From: Chthoniobacteraceae bacterium
Lineage (GTDB): Bacteria > Verrucomicrobiota > Verrucomicrobiia > Chthoniobacterales > Chthoniobacteraceae
NCBI GenBank assembly: GCA_031409335.1
Contig: JANNWY010000196.1
Coordinates: 64,001-128,000 of the forward strand
Direction of reading: 5' to 3'
DNA length: 64,000 nt
In this document: piece after piece, positions 1 through 10,027 of the stretch
Numbering within the stretch: position 1 is the stretch's first letter
Layout of the letters: every line of letters begins with the position of its first letter
The notes under the pieces: generated by a model
The model's input: the letters and a program-made list of their open reading frames with translations, nothing else
Told to the model about the DNA's origin: nothing
Database searches by the model: none
Position numbers and translations under genes: made by a program

Positions 1-408
1 CGCTTCGGCGACCCGGAAACGCAGGTGCTGCTACCACGACTCGAAAGCGATTTGGTGGATTTGTTTGATGCGACCATCGACGGGCGGCTCGCGGAGATGG
101 AGGCGAAATGGTCGGCGCAATCCGCTGTTTGCGTGGTGATGGCGTCGGGCGGGTATCCGGGCGACTACGAGAAGGGCAAGGTGATCGACGGGCTCGATGC
201 GGCTGGCGAAACGACGACCGTTTTCCACGCGGGGACGCGGCTCGAAAATGGGCGCGTCGTGACGGCGGGGGGACGCGTGCTTGGCGTCACTGCGCTGGCC
301 GGCGATCTCGCGGCGGCGCGGACGCGGGCCTACGATGCAGTCGCGCAAATTCATTTCGAGGGAGCGCAGTTTCGCCGCGATATTGCCGCGAAAGGTCTCG
401 GGCTTTAA
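1..408 (+). CDS. purD: Phosphoribosylamine-glycine ligase, C-terminal part (5'-truncated by the window edge)
   Basis: GARS C-domain motifs RFGDPE, VVMASGGYPG, VFHAGT, TAGGRVL, FRRDI. Confidence 0.95.
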   Translation, partial: RFGDPETQVLLPRLESDLVDLFDATIDGRLAEMEAKWSAQSAVCVVMASGGYPGDYEKGKVIDGLDAAGETTTVFHAGTRLENGRVVTAGGRVLGVTALAGDLAAARTRAYDAVAQIHFEGAQFRRDIAAKGLGL

Positions 409-451
409 TGGGAAGTGGCTTTCCGCCGCGCTCCGCGCTATCCACCAGACG

Positions 452-1294
452 ATGCCGGGACTGAGCACAAAACAAAAGATCGCCATCGCGACCTGCACCA
501 GCCGCGTCGTCCGCGGCGGGCGACGCTTGTTCGGAATGCCAAGCAGCGGCGTCTTCGCGCGGCACGGAATCCGATGGGAACTGAATCTGACGGAAGGAAT
601 CGATTTCGCGATCTGGCTTTTCGGACACTTTGAACCGGACGCCTACGCCGCGTATCGCAAACGGCTGAAGCCCGGCGACGTCGTGCTGGATATCGGCGCG
701 AACATCGGCGCGCACGCGCTGCCGCTCGCGCAATGCGTGGCGCCGACTGGCCGGGTGCTGGCTTTCGAGCCCACGGTTTATGCGTTCACGAAACTCCAGC
801 GCCATCGCGAGTTGAATCCGGAGCTCGGCAGGATCATCGACGCCCGGCAATTGCTGCTGATGGATTCGCCCGCTGCCGCGGTGCCTGCCACCATCGCCAG
901 CGCCTGGCCGCTGGAGCAAACGGACGGGCTGCATCCCGACCACTTGGGCCGGCCGGAAAGCACGGCGGGCGCGCGCGCGGCGATGCTCGATGAAATCCTC
1001 CGCGACGAGCCACGCATCGACTTCATCAAGCTCGATGTCGATGGCCACGAACTCGCCGTGCTGCGCGGCGCGCGCGCGACGCTGGCCCGCTGCAAGCCGC
1101 CGATCCTGATCGAGCTGTGCCCGCAGGTTTGCGTCGAGCATCATCACACCTTCGCGGAACTCGTCGGCGAATTGACCGGCGCGGGCTATCGCTTTGAGCG
1201 CTTCGACGGGCGTGCGCTGCCGTCGGACCCGGGCGCACTCGAACGGCTCATCCCACCGCAAGGCGGGCTCAACGCAATGGCGCTTCCGGCCTAG
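452..1294 (+). CDS. FkbM-family SAM-dependent methyltransferase
   Basis: VLDIGANIG, AFEP and FIKLDVDGHELAVLRGA motifs; ATG at 452 in frame with ORF 281..1294. Confidence 0.85.
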   Translation: MPGLSTKQKIAIATCTSRVVRGGRRLFGMPSSGVFARHGIRWELNLTEGIDFAIWLFGHFEPDAYAAYRKRLKPGDVVLDIGANIGAHALPLAQCVAPTGRVLAFEPTVYAFTKLQRHRELNPELGRIIDARQLLLMDSPAAAVPATIASAWPLEQTDGLHPDHLGRPESTAGARAAMLDEILRDEPRIDFIKLDVDGHELAVLRGARATLARCKPPILIELCPQVCVEHHHTFAELVGELTGAGYRFERFDGRALPSDPGALERLIPPQGGLNAMALPA

Positions 1295-1304
1295 TTTTTT
1301 TTGC

Positions 1305-2354
1305 ATGAAACCGATCCTCCTCGCTGCCCTCGCGATGCTCCCGATGCTGCTCCATGCCGAGGAAGCGCGTCCGCCATCGCTGCGCGAAACCGTCGATTCG
1401 CTGAGCGACGAAGACCTGAAGGACTTCATGCGCACACTCCGCGAAAACTTTGTGAAGCCGGACTTACTTTCCGAGGCGGAAGTTTCGCGCGCCACCATCC
1501 AGGGTTTGATCGAACGGCTCGCGCCTGGCGCATCGCTGCAACCGGCGGCGGGCGAAAGCGGGAGCGGGGTGAGCGTTTTCAAATCCGAAATCATTGCCGG
1601 GAGCGCGGGCTATCTGCGGATTGGTTCGCTGAACGCGGAGAATCTCGCGGCGCTCGATGCGGCGTTGCAGGACATCGCCGCGAAGAAGATCGGCGCGGTG
1701 ATTCTCGACTTGCGCGCGACGCCGGCAGGCAGCGAATTCGCGCAGGCGGCGGAGGTCTGCAAACGCTTTTGTCCGAAGGGAAAGGTGCTTTTCACGGTGA
1801 AAAAACCGACCGTGCGCGCGGAGCAGGTGCTGACTTCAAAGGAGGATCCGAAATTCACGCGACTGCTCGTGGCGCTGGTCGATGGGGACACGGCTGGAGC
1901 GGCGGAGATCATCGCGGCGGTGCTGCGGACGCACGCGAAGGCGATGATCTTCGGGCAGCGCACGCGCGGCGAGGCGGTGGAGTTTTCCGACATCGCGCTG
2001 CCGAGCGGAAAGCTGCTGCGCGTCGCCGTGGCGGAAGCGGCGCTGCCGGATGCGACGCCGGTATTTCCCGGCGGGGTCAAGCCCGACATCGTGGTGGACG
2101 TCTCGCAGGAGACGACGCAGAGCGTGCTAAAACAGGGGCTCGAAAGTGGCGTCACTTCGCTCGTGGAGGAAACTGAGCGGCAGAAGATGAACGAGGCCGC
2201 GCTGGTCGCGAAACGAAACCCTGAACTCGACGCGATGCAGGCCGCGCAGGCGAACAAAGGCGAAAAGCCAAAGGCGCCGCTGCGCGATGTCGCGCTCCAG
2301 CGCGCGCTGGATTTCATCACGACGATCGGGCTTTACGAAAAGAAGGCGAAGTAG
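1305..2354 (+). CDS. Secreted S41 (tail-specific protease)-like protein, catalytic residues degenerate
   Basis: Signal peptide; GYLRI, ILDLR, LVDGDTAGAAE, GQRTRG, GVKPDI and final D-x-x-L-x-x-A motifs. Confidence 0.75.
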   Translation: MKPILLAALAMLPMLLHAEEARPPSLRETVDSLSDEDLKDFMRTLRENFVKPDLLSEAEVSRATIQGLIERLAPGASLQPAAGESGSGVSVFKSEIIAGSAGYLRIGSLNAENLAALDAALQDIAAKKIGAVILDLRATPAGSEFAQAAEVCKRFCPKGKVLFTVKKPTVRAEQVLTSKEDPKFTRLLVALVDGDTAGAAEIIAAVLRTHAKAMIFGQRTRGEAVEFSDIALPSGKLLRVAVAEAALPDATPVFPGGVKPDIVVDVSQETTQSVLKQGLESGVTSLVEETERQKMNEAALVAKRNPELDAMQAAQANKGEKPKAPLRDVALQRALDFITTIGLYEKKAK

Positions 2355-2385
2355 CGGATGGCTCGCGTCTAGCTTCCCGTCCCGC

Positions 2386-3690
2386 ATGTCCCGCTCCATT
2401 TCTCTCGTCGCACTTTCACTGCTGGCCGGGGCGGCTTTGGGTGCGGGGGCGATGTGGAAGTTTGAGCGCGCGAACTCGCTCGATCTCGCACGGCAGGCGA
2501 AACGGGCGGCGATGCTCACCGAGGAAAACGCGCGGCTGCACGGGCTCGTCGCGGCGAGCGAGCGGGCGAAGACGCTGGCGGCGAACAAGACGCAGCGCGA
2601 GGAAATCGAGCGGCAGGTGGTGGCGATTCGCGGGCTCGAGTTCAAGACGCCGGTCGATTACAACGTGCTCACGCGGAAACAAATCAAGGAGACGATTTCC
2701 GGGAAGCTGGCGGAGGTTTTTTCGGAGCAGGAATTTGTGGACATGACTGCGGCGCTCGCGGTGCTGGGGCTGCTGCCGGAGGGTTTTCCACTTCGCCAAA
2801 AATACATCGACCTGCTCGGCGAACAGGTCGCGGCGTTTTACGATCAGCATCAGCACAAGCTCTTCATGTACGAGGATGCGTCGCTGGAAAATTCGCAGAA
2901 CCGCGTGGTGCTGGCGCATGAGTTGACGCACGCGCTGCAGGATCAGCATTTCGGTTTGAAAAAACTGCCGCTGGAGATCAAGACGAACGACGACATGGCA
3001 TTCGCGGCGAGTGCGCTGGTGGAGGGCGAAGCGACGCTGGTGATGAGCGAATACATGATGAAAAATCTGTCGCTCAAGGCGCTGAAGGACAACGTGGCGG
3101 CAACGATCACGCAGAACATGAGCGAGCTGGCGAGCGCGCCGCGTTACCTGCGCGAGATGCTGGTTTTCCCGTACCTGCGCGGGCAGGAATTTTGCAGTTC
3201 GCTGTATGGCGGGAGTGGATACGCGGCGGTGAGCGCGGCTTACGAGAAGCCGCCGACTTCGACTTCGCAGATTCTGCATCCCGAGAAATTCTTCCGCGAA
3301 CCGCGCGAGGAGCCGATCCCGATCGAGTGGCCGGATGTGATGGTGAACGGGAAAAAACCGACCGTGGACAATGTGCTGGGCGAAATGGGAATGCGGATTC
3401 AGATCGCGCAATACACGGACGATCGCACCGGCGAGGACGCGGCGAATGGCTGGCGCGGGGATCGTTACGTTTGCTATGAAAGTGGACGCGGGTTTGCGTG
3501 GAAAAGCGTGTGGGCCAGCGAGGCGGACGCGGCGGAATTTGCGGCGGCGCAGACGAAAGTGATCGCCGCGCGGAAAGATCGCGTGGCCCGGCGGGTGGAG
3601 GTGAAGCAGGCTGGGACGACGGTGCTGCTCATCGACGCCGCGGACGAAGCGTGGCAGCAGGCGCTCGCGGAAAAGTTCTCAGCGGAGTGA
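2386..3690 (+). CDS. Membrane-anchored putative zinc metallopeptidase (HEXXH)
   Basis: N-terminal hydrophobic helix plus coiled coil; AHELTHALQDQHF, EGEA, FPYLRG, PTSTSQILHPEKF, GWRGD. Confidence 0.7.
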   Translation: MSRSISLVALSLLAGAALGAGAMWKFERANSLDLARQAKRAAMLTEENARLHGLVAASERAKTLAANKTQREEIERQVVAIRGLEFKTPVDYNVLTRKQIKETISGKLAEVFSEQEFVDMTAALAVLGLLPEGFPLRQKYIDLLGEQVAAFYDQHQHKLFMYEDASLENSQNRVVLAHELTHALQDQHFGLKKLPLEIKTNDDMAFAASALVEGEATLVMSEYMMKNLSLKALKDNVAATITQNMSELASAPRYLREMLVFPYLRGQEFCSSLYGGSGYAAVSAAYEKPPTSTSQILHPEKFFREPREEPIPIEWPDVMVNGKKPTVDNVLGEMGMRIQIAQYTDDRTGEDAANGWRGDRYVCYESGRGFAWKSVWASEADAAEFAAAQTKVIAARKDRVARRVEVKQAGTTVLLIDAADEAWQQALAEKFSAE

Positions 3691-3698
3691 GCCGCTGA

Positions 3699-4976
3699 TC
3701 ACTCGATTTTCCAAAGCTGCTTTTCGGTGCGGATGAAGATCGCACCGTCCGCGACAGCGTAGGAAGCGAGGCTGGCTTCGCCGAGATCGTTGGTCGCGAG
3801 CAATTCGTATTTGGTGGCGGCTTTCACGACGTAGCCGACACCGGTTTCGTTTTGAAAATAGATGCGCCCTTCGGCGGCAACAGGGGATGCGGAGAAGCCG
3901 CCGCCGAGGCGTTCGCTCCAATGGACCTTGCCGGTTTTCGCATCCGCGCAGGTCGCGATGCCGGCATCGGAGACGAAATAAACTTCGTCGCCAACGACGA
4001 TTGGCGACGCGGTGTGCGGCGCGGCTTTGCGACTCGTCCACGCGACATTCGTCGCGGTGACATCGCCCGATGCAGCCTCCGGGCGGATGGCGTGAAAGAC
4101 TGCCGCGTCGAAGCTGGAGCTGACGAACACCAACCCATGCGCAAAGACAGGGCGCGGCACCACGGAATAGCCTTCGCCGTAGCCGACGCGCCAGATTTCA
4201 CGGCCATCCTTCACATCATACGCGCCGACGAAACCGGGACCGGGACTGACCACTTGCGTCGCGCCGCCGACGGTGATGGCGAGTGGTGTGGAAAATGCGA
4301 ACTGCTTTTTCGCCGGGGAGTTCCGCGGCGTTTTCCACCGGATCGCACCGGTCGCGGCATCGAGCGCGATGACGAACGGATCGCGCTCACCGTCGCAACT
4401 GAACACGAGCGCGTCGTCCGTCAAAATCGGCGAACCGCCCGCGCCGTGGACTGGCGGATATTTCAGTTCCGTCTGCCGCCACACGACCTTGCCGGAAAGA
4501 TCCAGCGCAGCGGTGCCCATGTGGCCGAAGTGAACGTAAAGGCGTTCACCTGCGACGATCGGCGTGCTGCTCGCCGGGGAATTTTTCCGGTGCATCGCCT
4601 TTGCGGCGGCCGCGTCCGGTTGGAAGACCTCGGTGTCCCAAAGGATTCGTCCGTTCGCTGCGTCGACGCAGAGTGCGTGGAGATTCAATGCCGCACCAGC
4701 ATCACCGGCGGCAGTGGTGAGATACAGCCGGCCTTTTGCAAGAACGGGCGAGGACCATCCTCGTCCAGGGATGGCGACCTGCCACGCGATGTGCGTCGTC
4801 GCATTCCACTCGGTCGGCACTTTCACGGCTGCGGAAACGCCCTGTCCCGTCGGCCCGCGAAACTGCGGCCACTCCGTTTCCGCGCCATGCAATGGCGCGA
4901 CTCCGATCGCCCCGATCACGGCGGCGAGAGCCAGCTGAAAAAGAATGGTTCGAAGCAAATTGAACTGAAAACTCAA
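3699..4976 (-). CDS. PQQ-binding-like beta-propeller repeat protein (BamB-like, PVC-expanded family)
   Basis: Signal peptide, WPQFRGP, GWSSP, repeated DAxTGxxxW blades; start codon uncertain. Confidence 0.85.
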   Translation of the reverse strand: MSFQFNLLRTILFQLALAAVIGAIGVAPLHGAETEWPQFRGPTGQGVSAAVKVPTEWNATTHIAWQVAIPGRGWSSPVLAKGRLYLTTAAGDAGAALNLHALCVDAANGRILWDTEVFQPDAAAAKAMHRKNSPASSTPIVAGERLYVHFGHMGTAALDLSGKVVWRQTELKYPPVHGAGGSPILTDDALVFSCDGERDPFVIALDAATGAIRWKTPRNSPAKKQFAFSTPLAITVGGATQVVSPGPGFVGAYDVKDGREIWRVGYGEGYSVVPRPVFAHGLVFVSSSFDAAVFHAIRPEAASGDVTATNVAWTSRKAAPHTASPIVVGDEVYFVSDAGIATCADAKTGKVHWSERLGGGFSASPVAAEGRIYFQNETGVGYVVKAATKYELLATNDLGEASLASYAVADGAIFIRTEKQLWKIE

Positions 4977-5017
4977 GGCAGTGACACCAAGTTTTGGGAA
5001 AGGAAAAACATGTTGAA

Positions 5018-5078
5018 GCTAATTCGGGGCGCGAATGATCACCGTGATACGGTTTTCAATTCGCGCCCCGAAAATAGC
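5018..5078. repeat. Long intergenic inverted repeat (hairpin); possible terminator or REP-like element
   Basis: TTCGGGGCGCGAAT (5023-5036) and ATTCGCGCCCCGAA (5059-5072) are perfect 14-bp arms enclosing an inner ACCGT-GAT-ACGGT hairpin. Confidence 0.7.
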
Positions 5079-5205
5079 GGAAGGGGAAGATCCCCGTCCG
5101 TGAGCGAACTAAGTTTTGGGGAGGTTTCGGCGCGACCAGTTCTCTAAACCCAACAACGAATGTGCCGGGGAGATCGACCGCGGAAAGCTCCTTCCTTGAA
5201 ATCGA

Positions 5206-5502
5206 TTAGACGATATGTCCCGAGACGAGCTTCGTCATCTCGAACATGCTGACCTGCTTCTTGCCATTGAACACGGCCTTCATCGCGTCATCCGCATTGA
5301 TCAGGGTCCTTTTCTTCGCGTCCTGCAGTTTGTTTTTCTTGATGTAATCCCAGAGCTTCTTCGTGAGTTCGCTGCGCGGGAGTGGCTTCGATCCGACGAT
5401 CGCAGCGAGCTTGTCGTCCGGCTGGACGGGCTTCATGAAAGCTGCGTTTGGTTTGCGTTTCGTTGCTGGCTTGGCGGATTTTGTTGGTTTGGTTGTGGGC
5501 AT
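5206..5502 (-). CDS. Stand-alone SWIB/MDM2 domain protein with Lys-rich N-terminal tail
   Basis: LAAIVG..PRSELTKKLWDYIKKNKLQD..RTLINAD..VSMFEMTKLVSGH. Confidence 0.92.
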   Translation of the reverse strand: MPTTKPTKSAKPATKRKPNAAFMKPVQPDDKLAAIVGSKPLPRSELTKKLWDYIKKNKLQDAKKRTLINADDAMKAVFNGKKQVSMFEMTKLVSGHIV

Positions 5503-5783
5503 GACGAGGCTTTTACAAGAACTTCACCGAGGGAAACAATACTAAATATTCCGAAATTACGCGGCTTGGCTGAGAGGCGCGCGCCCCGCGAATCGCGCGG
5601 ACGCAAATAACATTTCCAAAGCATCCTGCGATTGCCGCTTGCAGGCGGTCGCAGCCGCATCCAATTTCGGTGACCGTGTGGGCCGCACCGACGACGTTGT
5701 CGGACCCCCCTGACTAGGCGGGCTGATTTCCCGATTCCCGGAGAACACTCGCGCCAGCACCCTTCGGCACCCTTCCCTTGCAC

Positions 5784-7535
5784 ATGCCCGACTCACGAAA
5801 ATCAAGACGCTCATCATCATCGCGGACGAGAAGCGAAGACACGTCCTCGCGGCGGGACCGCAAAATTCGCCGCTACATTTTTCGGGGGATCATCGGCGTG
5901 GCCGTCTTCGCGCTTCTCGGCTTTGGGAGCTGGTATGGATACCGACTCGTCGGCAAGCAGCGCGCGATGGCAGCGGCGCGTGAATTCGCGGAAAAGAAGG
6001 ACTTTCAACAGGCCGCGATCTCCGCCAAGCGCGCGCTGAGGATGGATCCGAAGGATCTTTCGGCAACTCGGCTGATGGCTGAAATGGCGGAGGCTGTGAA
6101 AATCAGGGAAGCGATCATGTGGCGAAAAACGGTCGCGGAGATGCAGCCGGGCATCGCCCAGAACTATCTCGACTGGGCGGCTGCCGCATTGCGTTTCACC
6201 GATGCGGACAGCGCGCAGGAGGCGCTTTCAAAAGTCGATGCCGCCGGGCAAAACACCGCGGCCTACCACGACATGGCGGCAAAGCTGGCGGTGCGGACCG
6301 GGAAGACTTCGGAAATCTACGGACACGTGGCGGCGGCGGCCCAACTCGAACCGCACAATGACACCTACCAACTGCAGCTCGCGGCCGTGCAGTTGGGGTC
6401 GCCGCTTCCCGAAGTCCGCAAGGCGGCCACTGCGCGAGCCGAGCAATTGACTGAATCGCCAACGGTGCGCCGTGAAGCACTCCGCACCCTCATTCAGGCC
6501 GGACTGGCCGAGGGCAATGGCGGGCGTGCTGTGCGATTTGCCCACGAAATGATGATCGGTCCCGGCGCGGGGTTTGAAGACCGGATGTTTTTCCTCTCAC
6601 TGCTCGGCAATTTGAAGCGCGTCGAATACTGGTGGTTCCTCGCGCAGTTGGGCACGGACTTGCCACTGGACGACGAAAATCTCGTCACGCTCCTTTCATG
6701 GATGAACAACAACGGACTCGCCCGCCTCACGCTGAAGTGGGCGAAGAATCTCGCCGCCGAGCGAGGCGAGCGCGTGCCGGTTTGCGTCGTGATCGCGGAG
6801 GCGCACGCGCTGGCGGGGGATTGGAACAGTCTCAAGTATATTCTGCGTTTCCAAAAATGGGGTGATCTCGCGTACCAACACGAGGCGCTCACCGCGCGCG
6901 TCGCGCGCGAAGAGGGCGACGAAAATGGGGCGCGCAGTCATTGGAATGCGGCCGTCACGATGGCGTCAGATCGCAACGAATCGCTTGCCGCCATGGGACG
7001 CTTTGCCGTGAGGTGGGGGTGGGACAAGGAATACATCGACCTGCTGTGGTTGATCGCCAACCGGCCGGATCAGCCGGAAGATGCACTCCGGCAGCTCTTG
7101 AAAAAATACACGGATGAAGGCCAGACGCGCGACCTGCTGCGCGTGTTCAACCGCCTGCTCGAGATCAATCCAAAAAACTTCGAGGCCAAGAACAACGTCG
7201 CCTATGCCCTGTTGCTGCTCGGCTTGGAAACCGAACGCGCACAAACGCTCGCCTTCGAAGCATGGAAATCTGATCGCACGAATCCCGATTTCTGCTCCAC
7301 CTACGCACTTTCGCTGCACACCAAAGGCAAGACGGATGACGGCCTCAAGATCCTCCAGGAGCTTCCCGAAAAGAACCGAAACACGGCGACTGCGGCGCTC
7401 TGTTTCGGCGTGCTGTCCGGCGCGAAGGGGATGAAAATCGAAGCGATCGCGTTCCTCGACGCCGCCGAAAAAGGCAACCTCCTCCCCGAGGAAAAAGCTC
7501 TCGCGATGCGGACGCGGGAGAAAATATCGCGGTGA
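5784..7535 (+). CDS. Membrane-anchored tetratricopeptide-repeat protein
   Basis: Basic N-terminus, one TM helix, Ala-rich helical repeats, NPKNFEAKNNVAY TPR motif. Confidence 0.75.
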   Translation: MPDSRKSRRSSSSRTRSEDTSSRRDRKIRRYIFRGIIGVAVFALLGFGSWYGYRLVGKQRAMAAAREFAEKKDFQQAAISAKRALRMDPKDLSATRLMAEMAEAVKIREAIMWRKTVAEMQPGIAQNYLDWAAAALRFTDADSAQEALSKVDAAGQNTAAYHDMAAKLAVRTGKTSEIYGHVAAAAQLEPHNDTYQLQLAAVQLGSPLPEVRKAATARAEQLTESPTVRREALRTLIQAGLAEGNGGRAVRFAHEMMIGPGAGFEDRMFFLSLLGNLKRVEYWWFLAQLGTDLPLDDENLVTLLSWMNNNGLARLTLKWAKNLAAERGERVPVCVVIAEAHALAGDWNSLKYILRFQKWGDLAYQHEALTARVAREEGDENGARSHWNAAVTMASDRNESLAAMGRFAVRWGWDKEYIDLLWLIANRPDQPEDALRQLLKKYTDEGQTRDLLRVFNRLLEINPKNFEAKNNVAYALLLLGLETERAQTLAFEAWKSDRTNPDFCSTYALSLHTKGKTDDGLKILQELPEKNRNTATAALCFGVLSGAKGMKIEAIAFLDAAEKGNLLPEEKALAMRTREKISR

Positions 7536-7549
7536 ACCGCAAACCGCGG

Positions 7550-9931
7550 CTACGGCGCGTCCGCCGCGCCCATCATCTTCGACAGATCGTTTTTGTACTC
7601 CGGTTTTCCCTCCGCGGCTGCGGTTAGCAGCGCGCGCGCTTCCTCGGTTTTCCCGGTCAAAACCCCAAACGCGCCCACCCACCATTGGCGATCGGATTTA
7701 TCGACCGCGCCGGGATTTCCCTGAATGAAATGGCGCCCCATATTCCACATCGTATCGGGGGAACATTCCGTCCATGAAAGTGGTGCCGCGCCATACGGCG
7801 TGCGGATTTCCAGCCCCGCATCGTTGGCCCGCGTCGCGACTCCCGCGACGACGCCGCCGGTCTTTTTCCGAATCGGCTGCGGATACGTCGCGGCGTTGAT
7901 ATCGGCGATGAGCTGGTTCTTGAATTTTGCCAGCGCATCCGCCCGTTTCAGCTCGGCCTGCTGTGTGCTCTTTGCTTGTTCTCCGCTCACAAAAGTAGCG
8001 TTCGCGACGGCGCGCGCCTCGTTGAATTTCAACTGCGCCAGCAGCCCCGTCATCTGCGTCCGCAGCGCCTCGATCGCCTTCGTATCGGCGGCCTCCTGCT
8101 TCGCCATCTTTTCCGAGTCCTCCTTTTCCGCGGTCAAAATTCCGTCCTCGATCGTCTGAATCGTCTCATCGAGACTCGCCGCGAGCTTTCCCTTCACCGA
8201 AATCTTTTCGCGCGCCTCCCGCGCCATCGCCACCGCCGCCCGTTTTTCCTCGACCGTATTCGCCGCGCGCAGTTTCGCTGAAACCTCGCGGTACTCCGCG
8301 AACGCTTCGATGTATTGCGTCGCGAATTCCTTGTAGTCCCCGATCCACTGATAGGGCGCGGCGGGCGCGCTCGAGTGGAACTGCCGGAACAGCGGCCCGG
8401 CTTCGTCGAATTTGCCCATCTGCCAGTCTTTCAAGGCAAACAAAAGCAGCGCGATCGACTGGTGATTCGACTTGTCGTAATTGCGCGCGATCGAAGCCTG
8501 AATCGTGAACGCTCCCGCCAACTGGTGCGCTGTATCCACGAAGAACGACGACATTTTTTCCTCCGCCGGATCCTGCGAATACGCACCGCGCTCCTCGAGT
8601 TTCGCGAAAATTTCGCGCGCTTGCGGCTCCTTCCCGATGAGCAAGCGGGAGAGCCCGCGATGCAGCGTGATCCAGTTCAGCAGCGGTTGCGGCACATTGG
8701 GCCGCGCCTCGAGTTCATCCAGCGCCACACCCGCCCGGTCGAACTTCCCCGCGATCAGCAATTCCCGGGCAGCCTTGAAATCCGGTTCGATGTTCGCATT
8801 CGCGATCCGCGCCGCCTCGATTCGCGGGTCCAGCTTCGAATCCGCTTTTCTAAAAGCGTCGCGCTTCGAGTAAAGATACACCCCGCCCGCGACGATCGCG
8901 CCGACCATCCCGAAAGTCATCCAGGTCATCGCCTTCGCGCTGCCCTCGTCCTCCAAAACCACGCGCGCCTTCACCGTCGGGCCGCGCTCCGCGGCAGCGA
9001 GCAATTGATTCCGCGCGTACTCCAAATGCTCGATGAATTCTCCGTAGCTTTGGTAACGATTTGCCGGCTCCTTTTCGAGCGCCTTGTTGATGACATACGC
9101 GGTCGCCCCCGACACATCCGGCGCGAACGCCTGGAGGCTCACCGCCTGACTTTTAATGTGCTTCAGCGCCACCATCGATGCCGTCTCCGCCTCGAAGGGC
9201 GGCCGACCGGCGAGCGCGTGAAAAAGCGTGCCGCCGAGCGAATAGAGATCGCTGCGGAAATCCTCCGGCTTGTTGTCGAGCTTCTCCGGCGCGACGTAAT
9301 ACGGCGTCCCCCACACCTCGCCCGCGACCGACGACGCCTGCTCCTGCAGCACCGCCAGCCCGAAGTCCACGATCTTCGCCGTGTGCGCATCCGCGAAGAG
9401 AATGTTCCCCGGTTTCACGTCGCGATGAATCAGCCCGCGTTGCAGCGCCGCGTTCAGCCCCTTCGCCGTCTGAATGCCGACCTCCAGCACCTGCGCCTCC
9501 GCCACGCGCCCCTGCAGATTCATCAAGTCATCGAGCGATCCCTTGTCCACGAGTTCCATCGCGATGTACACCAGCCCGTGGTCCTGCCCGGCCGAATACA
9601 CGCGCACCACATTGGGATGGTTGATCGACGCCGTGATCGCGGCCTCCTTTTCAAACTGCTTCACGAACTCCTGGTCGGCGCTGTATTCCTTGCGCAGCAG
9701 CTTCAGCGCGACGGGCCGGTTCAAGCTCGTGTCGAGCGCCCGATAGACCGCGCCCATGCCACCCGCGCCCAGCACTTCCTGCAATTCAAAGTGATCGAAC
9801 AACCGCCGCACACGCTGCGCCGCGCCGCACGCCGGGCAATGGACCAGCGCGAATGGCTCCTCGTCGGAAATGTCGATCAACGTCCCGCAGGCCGTGCAGG
9901 TTTGGATAACGGGGTCACTCGCGTCTGACAT
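7550..9931 (-). CDS. Hanks-type Ser/Thr protein kinase with N-terminal zinc ribbon, TM helix and helical extracytoplasmic domain
   Basis: CTAC/CPAC; GAGGMG, VALK, HRDVKPGN, DFG, GTPYYVAPE. Confidence 0.92.
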   Translation of the reverse strand: MSDASDPVIQTCTACGTLIDISDEEPFALVHCPACGAAQRVRRLFDHFELQEVLGAGGMGAVYRALDTSLNRPVALKLLRKEYSADQEFVKQFEKEAAITASINHPNVVRVYSAGQDHGLVYIAMELVDKGSLDDLMNLQGRVAEAQVLEVGIQTAKGLNAALQRGLIHRDVKPGNILFADAHTAKIVDFGLAVLQEQASSVAGEVWGTPYYVAPEKLDNKPEDFRSDLYSLGGTLFHALAGRPPFEAETASMVALKHIKSQAVSLQAFAPDVSGATAYVINKALEKEPANRYQSYGEFIEHLEYARNQLLAAAERGPTVKARVVLEDEGSAKAMTWMTFGMVGAIVAGGVYLYSKRDAFRKADSKLDPRIEAARIANANIEPDFKAARELLIAGKFDRAGVALDELEARPNVPQPLLNWITLHRGLSRLLIGKEPQAREIFAKLEERGAYSQDPAEEKMSSFFVDTAHQLAGAFTIQASIARNYDKSNHQSIALLLFALKDWQMGKFDEAGPLFRQFHSSAPAAPYQWIGDYKEFATQYIEAFAEYREVSAKLRAANTVEEKRAAVAMAREAREKISVKGKLAASLDETIQTIEDGILTAEKEDSEKMAKQEAADTKAIEALRTQMTGLLAQLKFNEARAVANATFVSGEQAKSTQQAELKRADALAKFKNQLIADINAATYPQPIRKKTGGVVAGVATRANDAGLEIRTPYGAAPLSWTECSPDTMWNMGRHFIQGNPGAVDKSDRQWWVGAFGVLTGKTEEARALLTAAAEGKPEYKNDLSKMMGAADAP

Positions 9932-10027
9932 GGATGTAGGACGCTATCACCCAGTTTTCGCGACGGCAAGGCGCGTGGCCCGCGATGTTGTCGCCGATGG
10001 TGGTTCATGTATCGTCCCGCAATTCCT

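Noticed and set aside
5503..5783. Possible ncRNA in the SWIB-TPR intergenic region (small hairpins, GCACCCTTC twice)
   Set aside because: No recognisable RNA family motif; compatible with divergent promoters and a 5' UTR
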